Assembly: GCA_964519305.1 (NCBI GenBank)
Contig: CAZFHY010000001.1
Span: 442,132 to 506,131 of the forward strand
DNA: 64,000 nucleotides
From: Candidatus Undinarchaeota archaeon
Lineage (GTDB): Archaea; SpSt-1190; JASMDC01
Direction: 5' to 3'
Both the position numbers and the translations under genes were made by a program. Of the stretch, positions 28,625-38,518 are shown piece after piece. The notes beneath the pieces were generated by a model, which did not search any database, was not told where the DNA came from, and was given only the letters and a program-made list of their open reading frames with translations. Every line of letters begins with the position of its first letter. Position 1 is the stretch's first letter.

Positions 28625-30172
28625 TCAACGCTCGAACAACCGTCGTCCCCGAGGCGCTAGCTCGAGCACCTTGGACCTTCCCTTCTGATGGGCGAGCACA
28701 TACTCCCCTGCAAGGAGCTGCTTGACCTTACGCCTCACCGTGGGTCTGCTCATCCCGAACTCGTGGCCGACCTCCGAGAGGGGGGGCTTGACACCCATGA
28801 GGTTCTGCCTGTGGATGAACCGCAGTATTCCCATGAGGTCCTCGGGCAGCCTCACTCCCTGTTGTGTCTCTATCCTCCCCGTCTCGTTCTCCAGTAGATT
28901 GCGCTGGTCGGACGTCACCGCTGCCGGGTCCAGCGCAAGGACCACCACGTGGCCTTGGACATACGCGACCTCGCGGAGGTGCTGGACGAAGGAGAGGGTC
29001 GCCTTGAAACCGTTCTTGAACAGAAGATAGTCGAGCCTTTCGATCAGCACGGCAGTCCGTCGCGATAGCCCCTTGATACGGGCCGCGACCATCCCGAACT
29101 CGGGAGGGAGGGCGTCCGAACCCTCCTGCTCCGCGAGCCATTCGAGATCGTACTCACCCTCGGTATCCTGCCGGAACTCCTCTCCGGGCGTACGGGTGAT
29201 GGCGAGCGCACGGTAACCGGCGCGGATCAGGTCCCTGAACGCCTCGAGGGCGAGCCCTGGACCGTGCTCCTCCACGAGATAAAGAGTACCTTCCTTGAGA
29301 CGGAACCGCATCAGACGTCGGCGCATCTCCTCCTCGGCAAGCTTGCGCTCGGTTATGTCCCGTGCGATCATGAACTCCACGAACTCGCCGCTCTCGTCCT
29401 TGACCAGGCTTGTACCTATCTCGATGGTCCTACGAGAGTCGTCGCTGGTAACCACATCCACGTCGTACGGTGAGATGTCCACTCCCCGCAGTCGCTGGGT
29501 GCGGTTCTCTGTGAGTATGGGGACATGCTCTGGGACCACATAGTTAATGAGCGCCTGGCCTAGAAGCTCCTCTTTCCCGTGACCTAGAAGCCTTTCAGCT
29601 GCCCGGTTCACCCTGACGAGCTTCCCCTCGCGGTCCAGTACGCAGATGATGTCCGAGGCATTCTCTATAAGGCATTCGCTGAACTCCTTCTCGAGGAACA
29701 GTTCCATAGTACGCTGCATCACTTTACGGTCTAGAGTCCGGTTCAGCTCCTCCAACTCCTCGCGAAGTATCTTGTGGTGTATGTGAGCGCGGATGCGAGC
29801 GAACAGCTCCTCCTTCCTGAAGGGCTTCTCTATGTAGTCGTCCGCACCAAGCCCAAGGGCATTGACCTTGTCTTTTGTCTCCGTGTTGACGCTGAGGATG
29901 ACCACAGGTAGTGTCGCGGTCCGCTCGTCAGCCCGGACGGTCCTGAGGACATCGCCACCGGACAGACCTGGCATGCGCAGGTCCAGGAGCACGAGGTCGA
30001 CCTCACCATGCTTGTCTAGCGTAGCAAGAGCGTCCTCCCCGGAGTTGGCAGGGAGCACCGTGTACCCGCGCTTGGTGAGTAGCAGGGTAATGTAATCCAC
30101 TGTGTCAGGCTCGTCGTCCACCACAAGGACGGTCCGTCCATCACCCTCGCTTTTTGTACTATCCTTGGCCAT
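28625..30172 (-). CDS. Response regulator REC-PAS-DUF835-like-winged HTH
   Basis: VLVVDDE, LLDLRMPG, GADDYIEKPF; PAS ENASD...VNRA...ARDITERK; ITRTP, VLIERLDYL; MSRPTVRRKVKQL...GRSKVLEL. Confidence 0.88.
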   Translation of the reverse strand: MAKDSTKSEGDGRTVLVVDDEPDTVDYITLLLTKRGYTVLPANSGEDALATLDKHGEVDLVLLDLRMPGLSGGDVLRTVRADERTATLPVVILSVNTETKDKVNALGLGADDYIEKPFRKEELFARIRAHIHHKILREELEELNRTLDRKVMQRTMELFLEKEFSECLIENASDIICVLDREGKLVRVNRAAERLLGHGKEELLGQALINYVVPEHVPILTENRTQRLRGVDISPYDVDVVTSDDSRRTIEIGTSLVKDESGEFVEFMIARDITERKLAEEEMRRRLMRFRLKEGTLYLVEEHGPGLALEAFRDLIRAGYRALAITRTPGEEFRQDTEGEYDLEWLAEQEGSDALPPEFGMVAARIKGLSRRTAVLIERLDYLLFKNGFKATLSFVQHLREVAYVQGHVVVLALDPAAVTSDQRNLLENETGRIETQQGVRLPEDLMGILRFIHRQNLMGVKPPLSEVGHEFGMSRPTVRRKVKQLLAGEYVLAHQKGRSKVLELAPRGRRLFER

Positions 30173-30189
30173 GATCAAATCCCCCTGTC

Positions 30190-32889
30190 TCATAGGTTCG
30201 AACGTACCTTTTTCAGCAGCTCCTTCCGCTTGAACGTCTTCGAGATGAAACCGTCGGCTCCGGCGTTCTCAGCATGCTCCCAGACATCCTTCCGGTCCGC
30301 CGAGGATAGAATGATGACGGGGATGTTCTTGGTCGCATCGCTCTCCTTCAGCACACGACATACTTCGTACCCGTCGAGCCCGGGCATGAGGATGTCCAGG
30401 AGAATCAGGTCAGGGCGGTGCCTGCTCGCTGCGGACACTCCCTCCTTACCACTGGTCGCCTTGACCACCTCGAAGTCCTTGCGAAGGACCAGTCCGATCT
30501 GGTCGCAATAATCCTCATCATCATCGATAACGAGCACCAGAGGCTTGCCCTTCCTATTACGTCTACCGCTCCCGGTCGCCGCTACCGTTGGGGAACTGAC
30601 GGACCCGGATGGGAGGTAGACGTGGAACGTGCTCCCAGCACCCTCCTCGCTCTCCACCCTGACGTTCCCGCCATGCTCCTCCACGACACCCTTCACGATC
30701 GGGAGCCCGAGACCGGTACCACCCGTCCTGAAATCGGTGCTCCTTGACCTATGATGCCCGGAAGCATGCTGGCCGCGGTAGAACCGCTCCCAGATATGCG
30801 GGAGGTCCTCTGAGGGGATGCCGATACCATCGTCCTCCACTTTCAGATGGACCCCGCCCGTATCGCCGCGTTCGGTACGGACGATGATCTTACCCTTATC
30901 CGGCGTGTACTTGATAGCGTTGCTCAGGAGGTTCGTTATGATCTGCGCCAGCCGGTCTGGATCCCCATCGACCTCAGGGATCCCGTCCTCCAGCTCGAGC
31001 GTCATCTTGTGGCCATGTCGGTCCGCCAGGGGCCGTATCTCCTCGAGGGTGTCCCGGACAAGACGGTTGAGGTTGACGGACACCATGTCCAGATGCAGGG
31101 CACCTGCCTCGATGCGTGAAATGTCCAGCAGGTCATTTATGATGGTGAGCAGGCGTTCCGTGTTACGCGACGCCACTGCGAGCATGCTCTCCTGCTCTTC
31201 GGTGACGGATCCGCCCTCGCCCTCCCTGACCAGTTCGATGTAACCACGGATAGAGATAATGGGCGTCCGCAGCTCGTGGGAGGCTACGGACACGAACTGC
31301 GACTTGAGCCGGTCCAGTTCCTTGAGCTCTAGGTTGGCCGTGCGCAGGTTGTCCAACGTCTTGCGCAGCTCCCCGGACATCCGGTTGAAAGCTCTTCCGA
31401 GCTGGCCTATCTCGTCGTCCCGCTGCACATCCAGCTCAATGTCGAGATCGCCGTCAGAGATGCGCTCGGCACCGTCGGTGAGCTTCATGAGGGGCTCGGT
31501 GAGGGTTATCGACATCCCGGCGCCTACAGTGGCCACGATCAGGGCCGAGGCGATGGCTACGAACACAAGGAGCACGGTCGTGACCCGGGCACGCTGGTCG
31601 ATCGTTTCGATGGTGAGCTCGACCGTCTCACGGATCCGCTCGCTCTGTGTCCGTGTGGCATTGTCGATCATCCACCGGGTCCGTTCCGCTGCCGCATGGA
31701 ACGATGCGCTGTCCGAGATCATGGTAAGGGTGCCGAACCCCTGGGGAGCCGTGTAGGGCCCAGAGAAGTACGGGATGGTGGCGTAGGTGGTCACAAGGTC
31801 CTCTCCTATCCACATGAACGTGAAGGATACAAGTCCACCATCGGCCGTCTCAGGTCGCCACTGTGGGCATGAGGGGAGGTGGGTGCCCAGGATCTCACAG
31901 TTCGTCGGATAGCTCAGGAGACCTTCGATTGTTGTATCGATATATTCTCGGCTCCCGATTCTCCCCTTTATATATCCCCAGATGCGGTCGTGACGGGGAT
32001 TGGCTATGTTATGCCACTGGTCATCCCACATGAGGACATAGCTGCCAGCACCCGGGTCAGGGACGTCGATGAAGCGCTTGGTTGTGGGCACTACGTGCTC
32101 GACGAACTCCATGAGGTGCGTATGGTTTAGGGCAAGGGTCACGTACCCTATTTTCTCATCGTTCTCGAACACCGGGGTCACCCACCGGATGATGCCGTCG
32201 AACCGGTCCCCGTTCGGACGCTCGACCCCCCTGTACGCACGAGTCGAGTTAACATGTTTCCCTACAAGGTGAGACACATAGATCTCACCTTCATCAAGCT
32301 CTTTTACATGCTCGAAGTAGTCCTCGACACCAAGATATGTGTTCAAGGGATTCATCACATCGCGCAGGGTCGACTGCTTACCGTCCTTATGCACATGTAT
32401 CACTTCGCGGCCGGTGAGGTCCACGAAGGTCATCTCGGAGTATAGAGGCACATTCTGTCGCTGATGGCCTAGATGAACTAGATGTCGCTTCGATTGCAGG
32501 AACGCATGATAGACCTCTGGTCTCCGATCCAGGAACCGGGCGACCAGGATGTCGCCATCCCGCTCGTATAGGAAGTTAGCGATGCTACGCGCGAGCTCTA
32601 CAGCGCGCATCTCGAGGGCCTCGATGGCCTTCGCGTCAAGTGCCTCGACACTGTCGTTCACCGCCGCGCGACCCAGCTCCCTGGCAGCGGCCAGATCCCG
32701 CTCTCCCATGTTGGTGGAGCCCTCCACCGCGTTCATAGCGATGCCCCGGGCGTTCCATACGGCAATGTAGCCGACCACGATCAGAGGGATCACTGAGAGC
32801 ACTAGGAAGAGGAGGAATAGTTTGGAGGAGATAGGCAGGTCGTTCAGCCGATCGAATGCTCCCACGCACTTCGATATGAACACAAACAT
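30190..32889 (-). CDS. Hybrid sensor histidine kinase (extracellular Cache-like, HAMP, HisKA, HATPase, REC)
   Basis: Two TMs, DEIGQLGRAFNRM, SHELRTP, NLLSNAIKYT, DDGIGI, GTGLGL, LLDILMPG. Confidence 0.95.
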   Translation of the reverse strand: MFVFISKCVGAFDRLNDLPISSKLFLLFLVLSVIPLIVVGYIAVWNARGIAMNAVEGSTNMGERDLAAARELGRAAVNDSVEALDAKAIEALEMRAVELARSIANFLYERDGDILVARFLDRRPEVYHAFLQSKRHLVHLGHQRQNVPLYSEMTFVDLTGREVIHVHKDGKQSTLRDVMNPLNTYLGVEDYFEHVKELDEGEIYVSHLVGKHVNSTRAYRGVERPNGDRFDGIIRWVTPVFENDEKIGYVTLALNHTHLMEFVEHVVPTTKRFIDVPDPGAGSYVLMWDDQWHNIANPRHDRIWGYIKGRIGSREYIDTTIEGLLSYPTNCEILGTHLPSCPQWRPETADGGLVSFTFMWIGEDLVTTYATIPYFSGPYTAPQGFGTLTMISDSASFHAAAERTRWMIDNATRTQSERIRETVELTIETIDQRARVTTVLLVFVAIASALIVATVGAGMSITLTEPLMKLTDGAERISDGDLDIELDVQRDDEIGQLGRAFNRMSGELRKTLDNLRTANLELKELDRLKSQFVSVASHELRTPIISIRGYIELVREGEGGSVTEEQESMLAVASRNTERLLTIINDLLDISRIEAGALHLDMVSVNLNRLVRDTLEEIRPLADRHGHKMTLELEDGIPEVDGDPDRLAQIITNLLSNAIKYTPDKGKIIVRTERGDTGGVHLKVEDDGIGIPSEDLPHIWERFYRGQHASGHHRSRSTDFRTGGTGLGLPIVKGVVEEHGGNVRVESEEGAGSTFHVYLPSGSVSSPTVAATGSGRRNRKGKPLVLVIDDDEDYCDQIGLVLRKDFEVVKATSGKEGVSAASRHRPDLILLDILMPGLDGYEVCRVLKESDATKNIPVIILSSADRKDVWEHAENAGADGFISKTFKRKELLKKVRSNL

Positions 32890-33005
32890 TTATCTGTCTG
32901 TCCAAAGGACGGTCGCCCTTCACGAGCGTGTGAATGTTCCACGTCGTACCATGTTCTGTTCCATTTCTATTAATATCCGGAAGCACAGACTTCTCAATAA
33001 GCGAG

Positions 33006-33203
33006 ACCACGGGCCACCACCCGTCCAACCGGCAAAAAGGAGCCAGGACGGGCGATAATCACAAGGGATGTACCGATCCAGTATCGACGACATTTGGCCA
33101 CGTGAGAGAAGAGGGTCACAAATTCGGCCCGGGGAGTTACCAACGCCACCTTGGACGCCCCGGGCCATCCCTTATCACCCCTCCTCTCAGGCCACCCCGT
33201 GGT
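33006..33203 (-). ncRNA. Candidate structured RNA or MITE-like element (multi-stem, ~200 nt)
   Basis: Closing 8-bp IR ACCACGGG/CCCGTGGT; long hairpin 33095-33194 with GGCCCGGGG/CCCCGGGCC and TGAGAG/CTCTCA; second hairpin CCCGTCC/GGACGGG; G-U pairs favour the minus strand. Confidence 0.4.
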
Positions 33204-33331
33204 AACTGAAGGGAGTACTTACATTGCACCGGGAAAAGGAAAAACAACAAGTGGGGATGATACCTCCATGACGCCCCCCTCCATCTATCTGACGACCGCC
33301 CACTTCGCGGGACCATCCCATCGGTCGCGGC

Positions 33332-34522
33332 CTAGAGGACCGTCAGGCCCACCAGTGCCGCGGCCAGGAAGGCCAGCGTCACCGGACCTGCCACGGCTCT
33401 GGCGAATCCTCGCATATCCGTCCTGAAGTACTCAAGGGACACCACCAGGCACGGGTGGACGGGCGATACCATATAACCGAGGAAGACTGCCAGGTACATC
33501 ACGGCGAAGGGTATCGGCCGCATTGTCGTCGCGCCCACCATGGCCAGATGTATGGGGATTAGGATCGAGGCGGGGAGCTGGATGCGTCCTGTTGCCACAC
33601 CCAGTAAGAAACCCACTGGTACCAGGAGCGCCCATTGGGACGGTGCCACACCAGCTATGAACGACGGTGCCGGCGATGCAGTGAACATCTCCAGGAACAG
33701 GAACATCCCAAGGACTATGGCGCCGAAGCTCCAGGGACGCATCTTTCGGGCGACGTTCCTGAGGTCACGACCCTTGGGACCCGTGAGCGCATAGGCCAGG
33801 ACCAGGGCCACGATGACGCCCGCCAGCGCCCCGAGTGTCGGGAACGGGAGCAGCCCTGCCCTCTGCAAGAGCAGATCGACGGCCGGTGCCGAGAACAGGA
33901 CGACCATTGGCACGATACCTGTCCAGGGATCGCCCTCCCCCGGGCCATCGTTCGGCACCTGGCGAAGCAGGAGGACATAGCCGAGCAGGCCACAGAACAC
34001 GAACCCCGGCACTTGCCACGGGATGACCTCGTACACACCGAGACCGGCCATCTCGGCCGAAGCGATGAGCGACGGGCTAAGAGGATAGATCAGGAACATT
34101 AGGTGCCGATACCATACGTTGATGGCCACCTTCAGCTCACCGGGGACGTCCGCCCCGCGTCGTTCCACCAGCGGTGCCGAGAGCAATGCACCCCCGGGCA
34201 TGGGGAGCATCCCTACCATGGCCGGCGCGACCGCAAGGAATGGACGGCGGCCCATCCGAAGGCTCGCCACGAGCCGGTCCATGAGCCCGCCCTCCTCCAT
34301 CACACCACCGATGAGGGGGATGACCGCTACCGCAAGAGCGAGGGCTAGCACGGACGGATCTCCAAGGGTGGCCCCCGCGATCCATACGACCGTGGCGGCC
34401 GGAAGGGTCAGGAGCCCCAAGGTAAGCGCCCCTGCGGTGAGGGCTCCGGGGAGGCTCCACCGTGCCACGGCGAAGAGCACGCCGAATGACAGCGCCAAGC
34501 TCATGAGCACAGGGAGGGGCAT
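33332..34522 (-). CDS. DUF401 family membrane protein
   Basis: PAMVGMLPMPGGALLSAP, NVWYRH, SPVHPCL; highly hydrophobic. Confidence 0.85.
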   Translation of the reverse strand: MPLPVLMSLALSFGVLFAVARWSLPGALTAGALTLGLLTLPAATVVWIAGATLGDPSVLALALAVAVIPLIGGVMEEGGLMDRLVASLRMGRRPFLAVAPAMVGMLPMPGGALLSAPLVERRGADVPGELKVAINVWYRHLMFLIYPLSPSLIASAEMAGLGVYEVIPWQVPGFVFCGLLGYVLLLRQVPNDGPGEGDPWTGIVPMVVLFSAPAVDLLLQRAGLLPFPTLGALAGVIVALVLAYALTGPKGRDLRNVARKMRPWSFGAIVLGMFLFLEMFTASPAPSFIAGVAPSQWALLVPVGFLLGVATGRIQLPASILIPIHLAMVGATTMRPIPFAVMYLAVFLGYMVSPVHPCLVVSLEYFRTDMRGFARAVAGPVTLAFLAAALVGLTVL

Positions 34523-34579
34523 AGACGGCAGGAATGTGTGAGGGCGTTATAAGGATTGGGTTGGGGTGCGTGAACTACC

Positions 34580-35137
34580 TTACGCCACTGAGCGCATGGT
34601 GGCCACATGCGTCTGAGCACGGCCGCCCACCTCGTGGTACCAGTCGCTGTTCTCCATTTCGTTCGCCGCCTGCTCCCAGTTGCCTGTCGTGAGGGCTAGG
34701 TTGAGCTTCACGAACAAGGAGAACCGGTTGGGGCCGAGGTTGAACATCATGTCCACCACAACGTGCTTGACGTCGCGAGGCATGTTGTCCCAGGTCGCAG
34801 GGAAGGCCTGCTGACTTTGCGCAATAGCACGCTCAAGATCGCCCTCGAACAGCTTGTTGCACTTTTCCTTGGACACCGTCTGCCCCACCTTCAGGCCGTC
34901 GAGGGGGGTTACAAGATGGCCCCAGCACACGGTCGGGTTACCGTACTTGTCCGGGTACACGGTCTCTTCGTACCCCTCGTAGCCCTTGGTCATGGCGTCG
35001 AGCTGTTGCATATCGATCCCTTTTGTGTCCTTCGTTTCCTCAGTGTCATCCCGGGGGATCATGGCCTGCGAGTCACCGAAGCAGCCACTGACCATGACAA
35101 GGGCGAGAAGGAGTGCTAGATGAAGGACGCGTACCAT
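34580..35137 (-). CDS. Lipoprotein T4-type (GH24) lysozyme/muramidase
   Basis: E-x8-D-x5-T catalytic spacing (EGYEETVYPDKYGNPT, then VCWGH), VDMMFNLG, NWEQAANEM.NSDWY..VGGRA; lipobox LVMVSGC. Confidence 0.9.
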   Translation of the reverse strand: MVRVLHLALLLALVMVSGCFGDSQAMIPRDDTEETKDTKGIDMQQLDAMTKGYEGYEETVYPDKYGNPTVCWGHLVTPLDGLKVGQTVSKEKCNKLFEGDLERAIAQSQQAFPATWDNMPRDVKHVVVDMMFNLGPNRFSLFVKLNLALTTGNWEQAANEMENSDWYHEVGGRAQTHVATMRSVA

Positions 35138-35160
35138 CGAATGCTCACTAAGTTTCAAGG

Positions 35161-35175
35161 GATAAAAACCTTTCG
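35161..35175 (-). promoter_or_regulatory. BRE-TATA promoter of the lysozyme gene (probably leaderless)
   Basis: Minus strand CGAAAGG-TTTTTAT about 25 nt upstream of ATG 35137. Confidence 0.6.
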
Positions 35176-35183
35176 AGCTCGTC

Positions 35184-37544
35184 CTACACCGCGTCAACTG
35201 ACACGACGTACGTGTCGTCATCGCGCGCAACTGCAGCACCCACACCGTTCACGGTCGCTCCCGTCACTTCGCTCTCTGAGTGGATGATGAACCTGTAGGT
35301 CTTCACCTCGGTGGCGTAGCCCTCTTGTATCCGGTCCACGGTTATCTCTGCAGTACCGGCGTCGTTGCGGTAGGCGAACTCGGTGAGGTTGTACTCGCCC
35401 TGCTTGAATCCGAAGGAGTGCCCGTCGTCCTCGTAGAACCGACCCTCGGCGCGGTCGTCAGCGTACACGTGGAGCTCCAGCTCCTCTGTAGGTTTCTCAT
35501 CAGTGTACTGCATGGCCGGCCCCATGGGCACGATCGAACCCTGCTTCACATACAGGGGCATGGTGTCCACGGGCGCGTCCTTGACAACGGTCTGGCGGCC
35601 ATCGTGGACCTCGTCGGTCCAGTAGTCGACCCATCTGCCCTCGGGGAGGTAGACATCGCGCTCCCGCGCCCCCTCCTTGGTCACCGGGGCCACCAGGAGG
35701 GCGTCCCCGTACATGAATTCGTTCGAGAGGTTGCGTACGTTCGGGTCGTTCTGGTGGTCGAGCACAAGCGGCCGCATCACGGGGATACCGGTCTCGGACG
35801 CCTGGCGGAAGGCGTCGTAGGTGTAGGGCATGAGCTGGTAGCGGAGGGTTAGATAGTCACGAGCTATGTCCTCGGTCTCCTGGCCGAAGGTCCATGGCTC
35901 CTGCTCACGGGTGTGACGGGAGGAGTGGGTACGGCAGAAGGGTGAGAAAGCACCGAACTGGACCCAGCGGGCATATAGCTCGGGAGTACAGTCAGCGCCG
36001 AACCCACCGATGTCGGTACCGGTGAACGCAATCCCGGACAGACCCATGTTCTCCATCATTGGCATGCCCATGTCCAGGTGCTCCCACTTGCTCCGGTTGT
36101 CGCCGGTCCACACGGCCGCGTATCGCTGGATACCGGAGAAGCCCGAGCGTGTGAGCACGAAAGGACGCTCGTCAGGATTGGCGCGCAGCAGGCCCTCGTA
36201 CGTGGCCATGTCCTCGTACATACCGTACACGTTATGTGCTTCGTTATGCTTGACGTCGCCCAGGTCGCCGTGATGCTCCATGTCGTCGGGCATGGTCTTG
36301 TAGGTGTCGATGATAGCGGGCTCGTTCATATCGTTCCAGATACCGGCGATACCGGCATCGGTGAGACGGCCGTACAGGTCTCCCCACCACTGTCTGACCT
36401 CCTCCCGGGTGAAGTCCGGGAAGGCGGCGGATTTGGGCCATACCGGAGCGTGGAACACGTCGCCGTTCTCGTCGGTGATAAAGTAGCCCTCCTTCATCCC
36501 TTCAGAGTACACGTCATAGTTATCCCCGTCGTCCACCCCAGGATCGATGATGGTGACTGTGCGAATCCCTTGGTCCTTCAGCTCCTTGATCATGGTCTCC
36601 GGATCAGGGAACCGCTGCGGGTCCCACGTGAACACGCGGTACTGGTCCATGTAGTCGATATCGAGCCAGATCGCGTCAAGTGGGATGTCCCGCTGACGGA
36701 ATCCGTCGGCGATCTCGCGAACCGTGGCCTCGGGGAAGTAGCTCCACTTGCACTGGTGGTTGCCCAATGACCATCTCGGAGGTAGCGGCATCCTGCCAGT
36801 GACCTCGGTGAAGCGCTCCACCACATGGCGCATTGCAGGTCCCTTGAGGAAATAGTAGTTGAGCTGGCCGCCGTCGGCCGTGACGCTCGCCTTATCAGCC
36901 CCGTTCTCTGCCATGGAGAACGTGGTGCGGAAGGTGTTGTCAAGGAACAGTCCGTAGGCAGTCTCGTCGTGCAGCCCTATGTAGAACGGGTGCGCCTGGT
37001 ACATCTCGTCGGTACCGCCAGCGTGGTCGCCATTAGCATCCCAGGTCCATTGCGTTAGGTGCTCGCCTCGCTTGTCCAGCGGCCCCGTCTTCTCGCCAAG
37101 CCCGTAGAACGACTCGTCCCCGGCGACCTCGCGCTCCATGCTTATCCGCCCCTCGTCATCCCAGGTCATCCCCTGACCGGCGTCGCGTGTGATGACGGTG
37201 TCGTCGGTATCGGCGAAGGTCACCCTGCCTGATGTCTTATCCACATAGACATGGAGCTCATCGGAGGTGAGGAGGTATGCATCAGACCGGTCCTCGACGG
37301 TCACGTCGGACCCCCCAAGGTCGCGTGTAAGGATAGCTGGGGAGTCTTTCCGTGCGGCGCCGTCCGTGTCCAGTCGGACGTTCACCACGTCATCGGCAAG
37401 GAACTCGATCCGGACATCGGCCTCCGATCCGTGGAACACGTAGGAGTCGCCGTCGATGTCGTATCCTCCGACGGTGCCCACTCCGTGGACGGTCGGACCG
37501 CTAGCATCCTCGCTCTGACTAGTCATCGTGGCATCCCCTGCCAT
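35184..37544 (-). CDS. Glycoside hydrolase family 31 alpha-glucosidase
   Basis: YGLGEK, WLDIDYM, WNDMNEP (nucleophile), WTGDN (acid/base), DIGGF; no signal peptide; alternative start 37526. Confidence 0.96.
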   Translation of the reverse strand: MAGDATMTSQSEDASGPTVHGVGTVGGYDIDGDSYVFHGSEADVRIEFLADDVVNVRLDTDGAARKDSPAILTRDLGGSDVTVEDRSDAYLLTSDELHVYVDKTSGRVTFADTDDTVITRDAGQGMTWDDEGRISMEREVAGDESFYGLGEKTGPLDKRGEHLTQWTWDANGDHAGGTDEMYQAHPFYIGLHDETAYGLFLDNTFRTTFSMAENGADKASVTADGGQLNYYFLKGPAMRHVVERFTEVTGRMPLPPRWSLGNHQCKWSYFPEATVREIADGFRQRDIPLDAIWLDIDYMDQYRVFTWDPQRFPDPETMIKELKDQGIRTVTIIDPGVDDGDNYDVYSEGMKEGYFITDENGDVFHAPVWPKSAAFPDFTREEVRQWWGDLYGRLTDAGIAGIWNDMNEPAIIDTYKTMPDDMEHHGDLGDVKHNEAHNVYGMYEDMATYEGLLRANPDERPFVLTRSGFSGIQRYAAVWTGDNRSKWEHLDMGMPMMENMGLSGIAFTGTDIGGFGADCTPELYARWVQFGAFSPFCRTHSSRHTREQEPWTFGQETEDIARDYLTLRYQLMPYTYDAFRQASETGIPVMRPLVLDHQNDPNVRNLSNEFMYGDALLVAPVTKEGARERDVYLPEGRWVDYWTDEVHDGRQTVVKDAPVDTMPLYVKQGSIVPMGPAMQYTDEKPTEELELHVYADDRAEGRFYEDDGHSFGFKQGEYNLTEFAYRNDAGTAEITVDRIQEGYATEVKTYRFIIHSESEVTGATVNGVGAAVARDDDTYVVSVDAV

Positions 37545-37678
37545 TCGTGTCCCCTGATGACATACTACGCGCAAGAGGCTGCCTATAAAGGTTATGGTGA
37601 CGGTGAGCGGAGGACTGCCCAATGGATAGGTACTTATACCGGCCCGCAGGCCCCGCGGACACAGGTGTAGGTATCCCC

Positions 37679-38509
37679 ATGTACGACTCCATCGTGGACG
37701 GAGAAAGAGCGCGGGTAGACCTGGAGGAGCTGTGCTCCTACCGGACGAATCCTCAGCGCGCCGACCACGTCCGTGAGCGGTTCGGGGCACTGGGGCTTGA
37801 GACGGTCACCGAGGATCTTGAAGGTCACCGCGGGGTGTACGACCGCAACGTCATCGCTACCTACGAGGGTGATCCCGGCTCGGATCGGTACGTGATGGTT
37901 TGCGCTCACCACGATAAGGTGTACGGCTCTCCAGGGGCCAACGACAACGCATCGGGCACCGTGGCCCTCATGGAACTGGCCGACGCGTTCGTGCAGCACA
38001 ACGATAAGATCAATGTCGTATTCGCTTCCTTTGCTGCCGAGGAGTTCATGCTCGAAGGATCCTCACTGTACGTTGCAGGTCTGTCCGACGAGGAACGGGC
38101 ACGGTACGTGGGTGCCATCAACCTCGACTGCATCGGGGCTGGGGACGAACTTGTGGTCACAAGCAGGACCATGGGCCGACAACACGATGCTGAGCTCAAC
38201 ACCACTATCCTGGAGACCGCTGACGAGCTGGGTATCCCCTGCGTGGAGAAGGACTTCAAGAAAGGTCTCTCGGACCACCTCAGCCTGATGGACGGGGGTA
38301 TCCCGGCGACCTACATCGCGCGCATGGACCGGCCGGGATGGGGCAACCTCCTCCAGCGATGGCTCGACGGCCACACCCTTCCCAACGACATCCATACGAA
38401 GGGCGACCGGCCCGAAGGTATCAACGATGGTGAGATGTCCGAGGCCATCGACGTGACATACCATTCCCTGAAGGACATCTACAGCAAGGCCGTGGATCAG
38501 GTCACGTGA
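37679..38509 (+). CDS. M28 family metallopeptidase
   Basis: CAHHD, GANDNASG, FAAEE, INLD, SDH, IHTKGD. Confidence 0.92.
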   Translation: MYDSIVDGERARVDLEELCSYRTNPQRADHVRERFGALGLETVTEDLEGHRGVYDRNVIATYEGDPGSDRYVMVCAHHDKVYGSPGANDNASGTVALMELADAFVQHNDKINVVFASFAAEEFMLEGSSLYVAGLSDEERARYVGAINLDCIGAGDELVVTSRTMGRQHDAELNTTILETADELGIPCVEKDFKKGLSDHLSLMDGGIPATYIARMDRPGWGNLLQRWLDGHTLPNDIHTKGDRPEGINDGEMSEAIDVTYHSLKDIYSKAVDQVT

Positions 38510-38518
38510 TATGCCGCT

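Noticed and set aside
33006-33203. RNase P or SRP RNA identity for the structured element
   Set aside because: Lacks the GAGGAAAGUCC P4 signature and the SRP helix 8 motif.
33249-33305. Second C/D sRNA (AAGTGGG stem, GATGA, CTGA)
   Set aside because: CTGA is 6 nt away from the stem so no K-turn geometry; box C is incomplete and no guide target was recognised.
34580-35137. Provirus around the lysozyme
   Set aside because: No integrase, terminase, capsid, holin or att repeat; flanking genes are cellular.
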